Source of the DNA: Candidatus Nomurabacteria bacterium | GTDB taxonomy: Bacteria > Patescibacteriota > Minisyncoccia > Phycocordibacterales > UBA9973 | NCBI GenBank assembly: GCA_026395995.1 | Contig: JAPLXQ010000010.1 | Span: forward strand, 146,400 to 210,399 | Length of the DNA stretch: 64,000 nt | Direction of reading: 5' to 3' | Shown here: in pieces, positions 55,170 through 64,000 of the stretch | Layout of the letters: every line of letters begins with the position of its first letter | How positions within the stretch are numbered: the first letter of the stretch is position 1 | Program-made: the position numbers and the translations under genes | Notes under the pieces: generated by a model | Seen by the model: only the letters and a program-made list of their open reading frames with translations | Database searches by the model: none | Told to the model about the DNA's origin: nothing

Positions 55170-56124
55170 TTTTTTGATTGCCAGAATTAAACTAACCTTT
55201 TTTTATTTTCTGACGGCTTCTGTAATTTTAATTGTGGCTAGTTCTATTTTATATCGAACTTTTCTTTTTAATATTACTGAATCAGTTAATTTGAATGTCG
55301 ACGATGAAGATGTCGCTCAAGTTTTAGTCGATAGAACACAAGATATTTTATTGAATAAATTTATTACGACAGATAGTTCTATTTTGATTGTAATTATTGT
55401 TTGCGGATTTTTATTAACCAAGAAATCTCTAGACCCAATTCGAGAAAATATGAAAAGACAAAAGAGGTTTATTGCTGATGCTTCTCACGAATTGCGTACA
55501 CCTATTGCTATCGCCATTTCAGGGCTGGAAGTGGCTATGAGTAATAAAAATTTTAATATAGATATTGCCAAAAAAACACTTTCAAATACATTAGAAGAAA
55601 TGCAAGATCTTTCTAAGTTAACCAATAATTTACTAGATGTGACTAAATATAATGTTAGTAGTTCATCTGTGTACGAACCTTTGCAAATCAATGAAGTCAT
55701 TTCACAAGCAGTAGAAAAAATGAAAGCTTTAGCTAAAGCAAAAGAAATAGAAATAAAAAATGAAATTAAAGAACAAGTAAATGTTTTAGGAAATAAAACA
55801 GAAATTGAGCGAATTGTTTATAATATTATAAACAATTCACTCGCACATACTCCTAATGAGGGGATTGTTACTATTTCTGATTTTATCAATAAAAAAGAGT
55901 ATATTATTTCAATTACTGACAATGGTTCTGGTATTTCAAAAGAAAATTTAGATAAAATTTTCGATCCATTTTTTCAAGGCGATACATCAAGGAATAATGG
56001 TGGGGCAGGGCTCGGTTTAACTCTTGCTAAAAAAATAATTGAAAATCACAAAGGAAAAATAACCATAAAAAGTGAATTAAATAAAGGTACAAACGTAATA
56101 ATCAAACTCCCTATTTCTTCATAA
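55114..56124 (+). CDS. sensor histidine kinase
   Basis: 2 TM helices, H-box ASHELRTPIA, N/G1/G2 boxes (NNSLAHTP, DNGSGI, GGAGLGL). The annotated start overlaps the regulator by 56 bp; the true start may be downstream. Confidence 0.85.
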   Translation: MEKLSKQFEGWVTKWKTDSFLIARIKLTFFYFLTASVILIVASSILYRTFLFNITESVNLNVDDEDVAQVLVDRTQDILLNKFITTDSSILIVIIVCGFLLTKKSLDPIRENMKRQKRFIADASHELRTPIAIAISGLEVAMSNKNFNIDIAKKTLSNTLEEMQDLSKLTNNLLDVTKYNVSSSSVYEPLQINEVISQAVEKMKALAKAKEIEIKNEIKEQVNVLGNKTEIERIVYNIINNSLAHTPNEGIVTISDFINKKEYIISITDNGSGISKENLDKIFDPFFQGDTSRNNGGAGLGLTLAKKIIENHKGKITIKSELNKGTNVIIKLPISS

Positions 56125-56270
56125 AGACTTCATTTTGTGTATATATAATTTAAACATTGCTTCAATAGTCGTTTTTTAAGCAATAATAATTATTAATTTA
56201 AAAAATTTATTAAAAGTTAAAATAATTATCCGCCTACGCAAAAAAGCTATGGCGAGACAAAGAAAAATAT

Positions 56271-56726
56271 ATGAAATATAAAAAACAAATTACAACTAGT
56301 GTCCTCGCATTGTCTTTATTGATGGTCAGTTCTTCAGCTTTTGCTGCTACAAATGTAGTACCACAAGGAGCTACAGTTAATCACGTAGAAACTAAAGCAA
56401 AAGAAACAACACACGCTAAAACAAAAGTAACTGGAGTGGTTAGTGTTGTTAGTGCCGATGGTGCAAGTTTTACTGTGACTGTAAAAAATCGAAAAACAAA
56501 TACAACAACTTCATTTGACGTACAAACAACAGCAGCAACAAAATTTACTAAAGATGGTAAATTAGCCACCATGGCTGATGTCGCATTAAATACAAAAGTT
56601 ATTGTTTCTGGAAAAGTAGATTCTACTGCAAATACTATTTCTGCAAATAAGGTAAGATTGGTTACAAAGAAAGTGGCCATGAATCCTTCTAAAGAAAGCA
56701 AAATAGATAAAACAAAAACTAATTAA
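56271..56726 (+). CDS. secreted Thr/Lys-rich hypothetical protein
   Basis: Signal peptide ...SSAFAATNV; low-complexity T-rich body. Confidence 0.4.
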   Translation: MKYKKQITTSVLALSLLMVSSSAFAATNVVPQGATVNHVETKAKETTHAKTKVTGVVSVVSADGASFTVTVKNRKTNTTTSFDVQTTAATKFTKDGKLATMADVALNTKVIVSGKVDSTANTISANKVRLVTKKVAMNPSKESKIDKTKTN

Positions 56727-56740
56727 CTAAACAAATAAAA

Positions 56741-56768
56741 AAACACCTATAATTAGGTGTTTTTTTAT
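56741..56768 (+). terminator. rho-independent terminator
   Basis: aaacaccta-taat-taggtgttt then ttttatt. Confidence 0.55.
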
Positions 56769-56810
56769 TTGTTTAGTTTTTATTATGTTATAATTACTAT
56801 AAACATATAT

Positions 56811-58382
56811 ATGGAAAAACTTCCACCAAAAAAATTTAAAGCAAAAGTTGATTCTATCGAGACCATTGCAAAAGGTGTAAAAAAAATAACATTTAAAATA
56901 AATGATAATTTTAATTTTTTAGTCGGCCAATATGTTTGGGCTGAAATTCCAGAATTAAAAATCAAAGACCCAAAAGGTAATCGTCGCGCATTTTCTATTT
57001 TTAATTTACCGAATAATGATAACAAGATTTCAATTGTTGCCAGGACCAGTGAAAGTGGATATAAACAAGAATTATTTGCTTTAAATGTTGGAGATGAAAT
57101 ATATGGTCATGGACCATTTGGTAGTGCTTTTGTTGCTGATTATCATAAAGATACAAATCTTATTTTTATTGCTGGTGGTGTGGGTATTGCTCCTTTTATT
57201 CCAATAATTCAAAATATAAAATCTCAGTCTTTACCAATAAAGACTTTCTTGGTTTATTTAAATAAAGATAAAGAAAACACACCATTTGTGTCTGAATTAA
57301 AGTCTTTGAAAAATGACAATTTTAATTACGAGATTGTTTATGGTGATTTTTCTTGGGACCTTGTTAAAAATTCTTGTGTTAACTTGGGAAAGGAAATTAA
57401 ATGGTTAATTGCTGGTCCACAAGGTCTGGTGGATCAGGTCTATTTAGAATTAGAAAAGAGTGGAATTTCTAAATTAAATATGGTCTTTGAAAATTATTAC
57501 CCAACATTAAAAAATAATTTAACAAAAAAAATAATAGAAGATCAGCTTTTTGTTGAAAATGTTTTTGCTAAAGCAATTCAAAATTCTACAAACCATACTG
57601 TCATTACCGATGTTAATGGTATTGTTTTATATGCTAATAAGGCTGCTCAAGATATTACAGGCTATTCTCTTGAAGAAATTTTAGGCAATACACCACGTCT
57701 TTGGGGAGGGATGATGAGTCATGAATATTATGTTGATTTCTGGAAGAAGAAAATGTCAGGAGAACCATTTCAGGGTGAAATAATGAATCGTAGGAAGAAT
57801 GGTGAGATTTATTATACAGTAGCGCATATTGCTCCGATTTTATCATCAGACAAGACTATTATAGGATTTGTCGGTACAGAAGAAGATATTTCGATTCTTA
57901 AGAAAAAAGAACAAGAAATTATTGATAAATCAGTAGAATTGGATACATTTTTTAGTACAGCAAACGACCTCATGTGTATTGCTGGTATTGATGGATATTT
58001 TAAAAGAATTAATCCAAAATTTAAAGAAATCTTATCTTATGAAGAAAAAGATTTATTAGGATCTGTTTTTATTAGTTTTGTACACCCAGAAGATGTCGAA
58101 TATACAAATAATATTATAAAAAAATTATCACAAGGTGAAAAGATTGTTAGTTTTAAAAATAGATTTCATAAAAAAGATGGTTCATATGTCTGGCTTGAAT
58201 GGAATGCTGCACCTAACGGTGAATACTTATATGCTATTGCTCGTGATATTACAGAAGATATTAAAAATAAAGAAATTATGGAAGAAAAAAATGCTGAGCT
58301 TGAAAAAATGAATAAATTTATGATTGGAAGAGAGTTAAAAATGATAGAATTAAAAGAAGAAATTAATAAATTAAAAAATTAA
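56811..58382 (+). CDS. cytoplasmic sensor: FNR-like flavin/NAD-binding reductase domain, two PAS domains and a C-terminal coiled-coil peptide; no output domain
   Basis: RRAFSIFNLP and GGVGIAPFIPI (FNR-like); two PAS folds (ITGYSLEEILG..., ...MCIAGIDGYF...). Start moved to the Met at 56811 because 56757-56810 overlaps the upstream terminator. Confidence 0.6.
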   Translation: MEKLPPKKFKAKVDSIETIAKGVKKITFKINDNFNFLVGQYVWAEIPELKIKDPKGNRRAFSIFNLPNNDNKISIVARTSESGYKQELFALNVGDEIYGHGPFGSAFVADYHKDTNLIFIAGGVGIAPFIPIIQNIKSQSLPIKTFLVYLNKDKENTPFVSELKSLKNDNFNYEIVYGDFSWDLVKNSCVNLGKEIKWLIAGPQGLVDQVYLELEKSGISKLNMVFENYYPTLKNNLTKKIIEDQLFVENVFAKAIQNSTNHTVITDVNGIVLYANKAAQDITGYSLEEILGNTPRLWGGMMSHEYYVDFWKKKMSGEPFQGEIMNRRKNGEIYYTVAHIAPILSSDKTIIGFVGTEEDISILKKKEQEIIDKSVELDTFFSTANDLMCIAGIDGYFKRINPKFKEILSYEEKDLLGSVFISFVHPEDVEYTNNIIKKLSQGEKIVSFKNRFHKKDGSYVWLEWNAAPNGEYLYAIARDITEDIKNKEIMEEKNAELEKMNKFMIGRELKMIELKEEINKLKN

Positions 58383-58399
58383 CTAGAATAATTATTCTT

Positions 58400-60475
58400 A
58401 TGGAAGAACATAAAATAATAAATAAAAAAATACTATTTCTCAGTAAATCTAATATTTTAATATTTAGTATTATTTTGTTTAGTATTATTTGGATTTTTTT
58501 TCTAGCTCCACAAATTTTAAAAATTCCAAAAGATTTTTCTTATAAAGCTGATGTTATATCTGTCGATAATCTATATGATAAAAGTAGTAATGAATTTAGT
58601 GGGGAGAGTTACTCAAAGACCAAATTCTCATACGAAACCATTTCGAGTAGTGATAATAACTTAATGATAAAGAATAGTTTTGATGTAAAAACTATTGATG
58701 GAAAGCAAATTTTTAAAACAGATAGATTGTACGGTATCAACTCTTTGACAGGCGAACATGTAAAAGGGTTAGGGGATAAAGATAGAGAAGGTTATTTATT
58801 TGCTCCTCGTGGAATAAAAAAGGGTCAATCTTATACATATTGGCATGTTGATGTTAATACCCCAGCAACGATGAATTTTGTTGGTGAGGAGAATTTGTAT
58901 GGTTTAAATGTCTATAAATATGAGACTAATTACGGGGGAGCTATAGATCAAACTGCTAATTTTGTTTTTTTGCCGGAAGTCGGTAAGACTCTTGGTGTAA
59001 AACTTTTATCTAAAAATTATTTATGGATTGAACCAGTTTCCGGTTATCTAGTTAAACAGCAAGATATGTCTACTGATTATTATTTTTATGATCTTAAAAC
59101 TGGTGAGAAGTTGTACCCATATAATCAATTTTCAAATATTTTTTCAGAAAAAAGTACAGAAGAGCATACCTTAATTGCTAAAAAGTTAAAGACTGAGATT
59201 ATTGTTGCGAATTACCTTATCCCAATAATTTTATTTATTTTGGCTATTATAATGTTAGCATTAAAACTTAGCTATTTTGATAGAATTCTTACTTTCGTTA
59301 AGAGTAATTTTATATTAATTTTTGTTACAATTGTAATGTTTTTGGGTAGTTTCACTGGTTATTATTTTTTAGTTAATGGTTTTGATAAAGAAAAACAAGT
59401 TTCTTTAGAAACTCAATCAATAGATATAACTGAAAAAATATTAAATAAAACATCTAATTATTTACGTTTACCATTAAATGGACGCGCCTTGTTTAATGCT
59501 AGTGTAAGTGTGGAGAGAAATGAATGGTCTGCTTTTGTAAAGTCTTTAGATTTATTACAAAACTATCCAGGAGTTCAAGGTTTAGGTTTTCTAAAAATAG
59601 TGTTACCTAATGAAAAGAATCTTTTTGTTCAATCTGTAAAAAAAGAAGGTTTTTCTGATTTTAATATTATCCCAGTAGGAGATAGAAATATATACACACC
59701 TGTAATTTATTTGGAACCATGGACACCTAGAAATATCAGAGACTTAGGGTTTGATATGTTTTCAAATAAAATTACAAGAAACTCTATAATTAAAGCCAGA
59801 GATTCTGGAGAAATTTCAGTTTCTTCAAAGGTAGCGCTTCTTCAAGATAATGGAACTGGTTCACAATTTGGTTTTTTTGCTTTTTCACCAGTCTATAAAA
59901 ATAATTCCAAGGTAGGCACTGTAGAAGAAAGAAGAAAAGAAATAATTGGCTATACTTATTATTCATCTATGATAAAAGATTTTTTAACAAGTATTTTTAA
60001 TAATCAGAAATATGATTTAGATTTTAAAATTTATGATGGCCTAAAGATTAGCAATGAATCACTTATTTATGATTCTGGTAATGGATCTATTTCTAATAAT
60101 GTTTTTTTTCACAAAGTAGAAACAATCTATTTAAAAGATCATCCTTGGACGATTGAATATGTAAATTCTTCAAATTACCAAAAACCTTTAATAGATAAGG
60201 TTATTCAATATTCAGTTCTTTTTGGAAGTTTACTTGTTACTTTTTTAGTTTTTAGTTTAATTTTATCTATTTCTAAATCAAAAGAAAGTTCTGTTTTATA
60301 TGCAGCTTCTTTGACCAAAGATTTAGAAGCAAAACAGGATGAGTTAAAGAAAAATAATCAAACCTTAAAAGAAAAATTAAATGAAGTTGATAAAATGAAT
60401 AAATTGATGATAGGTAGAGAGCTCACAATGTTAGATCTTAAAAAGGAAATTGATAAATTAAAGAGAAAAATATGA
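58400..60475 (+). CDS. membrane sensor with a periplasmic domain and a CHASE-like domain, ending in the same C-terminal coiled-coil peptide; no output domain
   Basis: TM segments at ~20-40, ~265-330 and ~610-630. CHASE-like pattern (NEWSAFVKSLDLLQNYPGVQGLGFLKIV ... GFFAFSPVY). C-terminus DKMNKLMIGRELTMLDLKKEIDKLK. Confidence 0.55.
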   Translation: MEEHKIINKKILFLSKSNILIFSIILFSIIWIFFLAPQILKIPKDFSYKADVISVDNLYDKSSNEFSGESYSKTKFSYETISSSDNNLMIKNSFDVKTIDGKQIFKTDRLYGINSLTGEHVKGLGDKDREGYLFAPRGIKKGQSYTYWHVDVNTPATMNFVGEENLYGLNVYKYETNYGGAIDQTANFVFLPEVGKTLGVKLLSKNYLWIEPVSGYLVKQQDMSTDYYFYDLKTGEKLYPYNQFSNIFSEKSTEEHTLIAKKLKTEIIVANYLIPIILFILAIIMLALKLSYFDRILTFVKSNFILIFVTIVMFLGSFTGYYFLVNGFDKEKQVSLETQSIDITEKILNKTSNYLRLPLNGRALFNASVSVERNEWSAFVKSLDLLQNYPGVQGLGFLKIVLPNEKNLFVQSVKKEGFSDFNIIPVGDRNIYTPVIYLEPWTPRNIRDLGFDMFSNKITRNSIIKARDSGEISVSSKVALLQDNGTGSQFGFFAFSPVYKNNSKVGTVEERRKEIIGYTYYSSMIKDFLTSIFNNQKYDLDFKIYDGLKISNESLIYDSGNGSISNNVFFHKVETIYLKDHPWTIEYVNSSNYQKPLIDKVIQYSVLFGSLLVTFLVFSLILSISKSKESSVLYAASLTKDLEAKQDELKKNNQTLKEKLNEVDKMNKLMIGRELTMLDLKKEIDKLKRKI

Positions 60476-62274
60476 GTTTTTTAAATAAAAAAGATAATAC
60501 TTTCTTAAGTACCCCGATTACATCTATGCGATGTAGGCTTTTAAAAGTTCTTTCTTATATAGCAATCGTAGTCTTATTCGTTTTTGGTTTTTTGAATATA
60601 TTTCCACAAAATAATTTTTTTGTTGGTTTTGTACAGTTGGTTATTGGTGTATTTTTAATGTTAAATGTACTTTTTTTAAAAAAGTTTAATAATTTTAAAT
60701 TAGCCTCTTTAGTTTTTATCTTTACTTTGTTTTTTATAATGATTTTTCTATTTTGTACTGGAGGATATCAAGACACTGGTATTTATTGGTTTTGTTTATT
60801 TCCGTTAATTGTTTACTTTTTACGTGGTAGAAAATACGGTTTATATTTTAGTATACTTTTTATATTAACTATTTTGTTTATCTATATATTTAAGGGGTCA
60901 TTTGTGCCGTATAATTTTATTCAAATTAGACAGGTATTATCTAGTTTTATTACAATATCTTTGATTACACATTTTTATTTATCAATAGAAGAAAAAGACT
61001 CAGAGTCTTTAGAAGAAAACGAAAATAAATTAAAATCTATAAATCAAAAGTTGCAAGATGAAATACAGAATAGTGATTTAATTAAAAAAGAGTTATCGGA
61101 AAACATTTTAGATTCTGAAAATACCAAAAAAGCAGTTTTAAATATTCTAGAAGATGTTCAGGACGAAAAGATAAAAGTAGAGAAAATTTCTCAAAAATTA
61201 ACTTTGGCTACAAAGTCTGCAAAGATTGGTGTGTGGGAATGGGATATTGTAAAAAATAAATTAAGCTGGGACAATATAATGTGTGTTCTTTATGGTATAA
61301 AACCTGAAGATTTTAGGGGTATTTATGAGACTTGGTTAGAAAAATTACACCCAGATGATAAAAAGCATGCTAACGAAGAAATGCAAACTACTTTAAGTGG
61401 CGGTAAAGATTTTGATACAGTTTTTCGTGTTATTTGGCCAAATCAAGAAATTCATTACATTAAAGCTTATGCATCCTTAGAATCTGACATTAATGGTAAA
61501 CCAATAAAAATGGTTGGAATCAATTTTGATGTTAGTCATGATAAAGAAGTAGATATTGAAAAAACAGAATTCGTTTCTTTGGCTTCGCATCAATTAAAAA
61601 CACCGGTCGGTGCTTTAAATTGGAATTTAGAATTATTACTTGGAGGTGATTATGGAAAAATCACAGAAAAACAAAGAGAAATTATTTCTGATATGTATAA
61701 AATGAACCAAAGGATGAATGATTTAATAAATAGTCTTTTGAATGTTTCTCGTATTGATCTTGGTGTTTTTATTATTGAACCAGTGCCGACTAATTGGGTT
61801 GATATGTGCGATGAAGTTCTTGCTGAATTGGATTCTAAAATAAAAATCAAAAATCATATTATTACTAAAAAATATATTGGTGATTTGGCTACTATTCCAG
61901 CTGACCCAAAGCTCTTGAGAATAATTTTTCAAAACTATATTTCTAATGCAGTCAAATACACCCATGGTAGTGGTGTAATAAATATTATTGTTGAAAACAA
62001 AAATGATGAAGTTTTAATTAGTGTTTCCAATAATGGTGATTCTATTCCAGAAAAAGAAAAAAGTAGAATTTTCAGTAAATTATTCAGAGCTAGTAATGCT
62101 CAAGAACAAGACCCAGATGGAAATGGTCTTGGTCTTTATATTGTTAAAAAGATTGCTGAAAATGGCGGTGGTAGAGTTTGGTTTGAGTCTAGAGAGGGCA
62201 AAGATACAGTCTTTTATGCTTCTTTTCCTGTTTCTGGTATGATTAAAAGAGAGGGTGAAAAGGTATTAGTTTAG
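60472..62274 (+). CDS. sensor histidine kinase (5-6 TM N-terminal domain, PAS, HisKA, HATPase)
   Basis: PAS (IGVWEWDIVKNKLSWDN), H-box LASHQLKTPV, N/G boxes (NAVKYTHGSG, DPDGNGLGLYIVKKI). Confidence 0.85.
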   Translation: MSFLNKKDNTFLSTPITSMRCRLLKVLSYIAIVVLFVFGFLNIFPQNNFFVGFVQLVIGVFLMLNVLFLKKFNNFKLASLVFIFTLFFIMIFLFCTGGYQDTGIYWFCLFPLIVYFLRGRKYGLYFSILFILTILFIYIFKGSFVPYNFIQIRQVLSSFITISLITHFYLSIEEKDSESLEENENKLKSINQKLQDEIQNSDLIKKELSENILDSENTKKAVLNILEDVQDEKIKVEKISQKLTLATKSAKIGVWEWDIVKNKLSWDNIMCVLYGIKPEDFRGIYETWLEKLHPDDKKHANEEMQTTLSGGKDFDTVFRVIWPNQEIHYIKAYASLESDINGKPIKMVGINFDVSHDKEVDIEKTEFVSLASHQLKTPVGALNWNLELLLGGDYGKITEKQREIISDMYKMNQRMNDLINSLLNVSRIDLGVFIIEPVPTNWVDMCDEVLAELDSKIKIKNHIITKKYIGDLATIPADPKLLRIIFQNYISNAVKYTHGSGVINIIVENKNDEVLISVSNNGDSIPEKEKSRIFSKLFRASNAQEQDPDGNGLGLYIVKKIAENGGGRVWFESREGKDTVFYASFPVSGMIKREGEKVLV

Positions 62275-62293
62275 ATTATATAAAAATAATTAT

Positions 62294-62671
62294 ATGGAAG
62301 ATAAAAAAACAATCTTAATTGTAGAAGATGAAAAATCTATTAGTGGTGCTTTGAGTGATAAATTAAACAATGAAGGATATACGATCCTTCAAGCTAAAAA
62401 CGGTGAGGAGGGTCTAAAAATAGCCTTAAAGGAACATCCAGATTTGATGCTAGTTGATATTTTAATGCCTAAGATGGATGGTATTAAAATGGCGAAAGAG
62501 TTGAGAAAAGATATTTGGGGTAAGACTGCAAAGATAATTATTCTAACTAATGTTACAGATTTGAATCAAGTTCAAGAGGTTATGGATAGTGAGGTTTTTG
62601 AATATTTAACAAAGAGTAATGTCACTTTAGAATATCTTACAAATAAAGTTAAAGATTTTTTAAATAGATAA
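62294..62671 (+). CDS. single-domain response regulator (CheY-like receiver)
   Basis: ILIVEDE, phospho-acceptor D in LMLVDILMP, KIIILT..., K in YLTKS. Confidence 0.85.
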   Translation: MEDKKTILIVEDEKSISGALSDKLNNEGYTILQAKNGEEGLKIALKEHPDLMLVDILMPKMDGIKMAKELRKDIWGKTAKIIILTNVTDLNQVQEVMDSEVFEYLTKSNVTLEYLTNKVKDFLNR

Positions 62672-62748
62672 TTATTTTCAATATTGATATTATTTACTTT
62701 TTAGAGTATAATGAATCTAACTTATTAATAATCAATTAAATTTATTTT

Positions 62749-62874
62749 ATGGCAAAAAGAGGAACAACATTAAGTATACGCCCAGTATCAAGACGTTCAC
62801 ATAAGACAAAGAAGCGTGTCGCTGCAAAAAAGGTAATGCTTGCAAAAAAGGCAAGTAAAAAGAAAGCTAAATAA
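62749..62874 (+). CDS. small highly basic protein (41 aa), not in the ORF track
   Basis: My translation MAKRGTTLSIRPVSRRSHKTKKRVAAKKVMLAKKASKKKAK; followed by a strong terminator. Ribosomal-protein-like composition but no family recognised. Confidence 0.3.
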   Translation: MAKRGTTLSIRPVSRRSHKTKKRVAAKKVMLAKKASKKKAK

Positions 62875-62888
62875 ACTTAGAAAATAAA

Positions 62889-62929
62889 ATTGCCCCGTTG
62901 CTTATAGCAACGGGGCAATTGGTTTTTTT
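62889..62929 (+). terminator. rho-independent terminator (ATTGCCCC-N-GGGGCAAT type)
   Basis: attgccccgttgc-ttatag-caacggggcaat then tggttttttt. Confidence 0.55.
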
Positions 62930-62943
62930 GGAGTCGGTAAACA

Positions 62944-63927
62944 CTATTTGATTAAATGACAGGTTTTTTCCCTGATCATATTTATCATTTTTTCTGTATC
63001 CCTCTCAGCTTTTTTGGGTACTATTTTTATATAGTTCAAAGCGTATTTTCGAACTTCATTAAAAAATTCTGATTGTTCAGGATTTACCTTTTCAAATGAT
63101 GCAGCCATGGCAAAGATAATTCCGATTGGATTTAAAAAGTTATCTCCAATCATTTCACCTGTCGTCATTTTGTCTGCTGTGCCTCCGGGAAGTTCTTCAT
63201 AAATAAATTGAGAACCATCAGGATTTTCGCAGTACACTCTTGATCCCATGACACGATTACCATGTTGCCAGTCAATAATATCAGTACTTATATCACCAAC
63301 TTCATTGTCTGCAACATGTAAGAATTTTCCATTAGCAAAAGGTGTACCATCCGCTGTAACGATTGGAAGTCCAGCAAGTAATACATCACTTAATTCATGA
63401 TGAAAGTTTCCGGTCCAAATTTCTCCTTTTTTATTGTAGGCTTCACCCCTGGTTAAACCAAATTCTTCCCACACTTTTTCTATTTCTGTGCGAAATAAAC
63501 GTTGAGTCTCAGCAATAGTGCTTTTTGAAGAAAGTATGATATGTAAATTTTGACGTTTTGCTATTTCGTTTGCAAGAATTGCAAACGGGCGTAATCCATC
63601 GAGGTCCATGTGTTGAGTACTGACTGCAACTCTTCTTCCTTTAATAATTTGGATATCACAGGATTTCTCATCATAGAACCCACCATATGCGTAACGAAGC
63701 ACTCCGCAAATATCCTTATACCTTCCAGGTCCTTGCAGAATACGAAGTATTCCAAAAGCACCGACTTCAGGACGCATCAATATATTTGCACTTTTCCAAC
63801 CCAACTCTTTTATTTTTGGATGATCACTCGCAGTACTGTTTTTGAATCCAGTACCACATTTACGAAGTGCTTCTACAGCTTCTTTGATGCAGTTATCATT
63901 TGTTCTGATTCTTTCCTCTACTGTCAT
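62944..63927 (-). CDS. hypothetical protein (327 aa); may continue past the window edge
   Basis: ORF track; no family recognised by eye. Confidence 0.3.
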   Translation of the reverse strand: MTVEERIRTNDNCIKEAVEALRKCGTGFKNSTASDHPKIKELGWKSANILMRPEVGAFGILRILQGPGRYKDICGVLRYAYGGFYDEKSCDIQIIKGRRVAVSTQHMDLDGLRPFAILANEIAKRQNLHIILSSKSTIAETQRLFRTEIEKVWEEFGLTRGEAYNKKGEIWTGNFHHELSDVLLAGLPIVTADGTPFANGKFLHVADNEVGDISTDIIDWQHGNRVMGSRVYCENPDGSQFIYEELPGGTADKMTTGEMIGDNFLNPIGIIFAMAASFEKVNPEQSEFFNEVRKYALNYIKIVPKKAERDTEKMINMIREKTCHLIK

Positions 63928-64000
63928 TGGTATATCTACAGTAGGGAATTCTTCAAAAATAGTTTCTCGTACAATTTTGGCTGCACGACCAGTACCGCCA

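Noticed and set aside
56757-56810. Upstream start MFFYLFSFYYVIITINIY for the FNR-PAS protein
   Set aside because: It overlaps the terminator hairpin and T-run of the preceding gene; the Met at 56811 (MEKLPPKKF) is the more plausible start.
1-64000. CRISPR arrays and rRNA genes
   Set aside because: No regularly spaced short direct repeats with unique spacers were seen; the GC-rich repeats are irregularly spaced and intragenic. No 16S/23S/5S-like sequence was recognised.

Overview
AT-rich bacterial window with bacterial-type core genes: trmD, rpoB-rpoC-dnaG-rpoD in one plus-strand run, rpsB-tsf, proS-mreB-mreC-tgt, uvrB/uvrA/uvrC, four tRNAs, guaC, ahpC-like peroxiredoxin, a copA copper island and two-component systems. 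The small-genome, AT-rich character and short versions of conserved proteins suggest a Patescibacteria/CPR-like organism; this is inference, not a database result. Two features stand out. (1) A complete diversity-generating retroelement (DGR) at 12.8-15.4 kb. Its 120-bp variable repeat (VR) at the 3' end of a 238-aa target gene and its 120-bp template repeat (TR) differ at exactly 13 positions, every one a TR adenine. An Avd-like four-helix-bundle gene sits on the opposite strand, and the reverse transcriptase carries the DGR-type LGxxxSQ motif 4. (2) A family of GC-rich, ~90-bp compound palindromic elements with at least 7 copies in 26 kb. Most are inserted in-frame into uvrA, uvrB (two copies), uvrC (two) and tgt, adding ~30-aa Gly/Pro/Leu-rich peptides without breaking the ORFs. 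One more copy sits in the uvrA 5' leader and a degenerate one lies after rpoD. This resembles the in-frame Rickettsia palindromic elements. Further points: a tRNA gene with a ~77-84-nt insert in its anticodon loop; a tRNA-Thr with a degenerate duplicate of its 3' half; an ApbE/FMN-binding/FNR-like membrane reductase operon (extracytoplasmic flavinylation); and a signalling cluster (FNR-like-PAS-PAS protein, CHASE sensor, PAS histidine kinase, receiver) in which two adjacent proteins end in the same ~27-aa coiled-coil peptide. No CRISPR array and no rRNA were seen.
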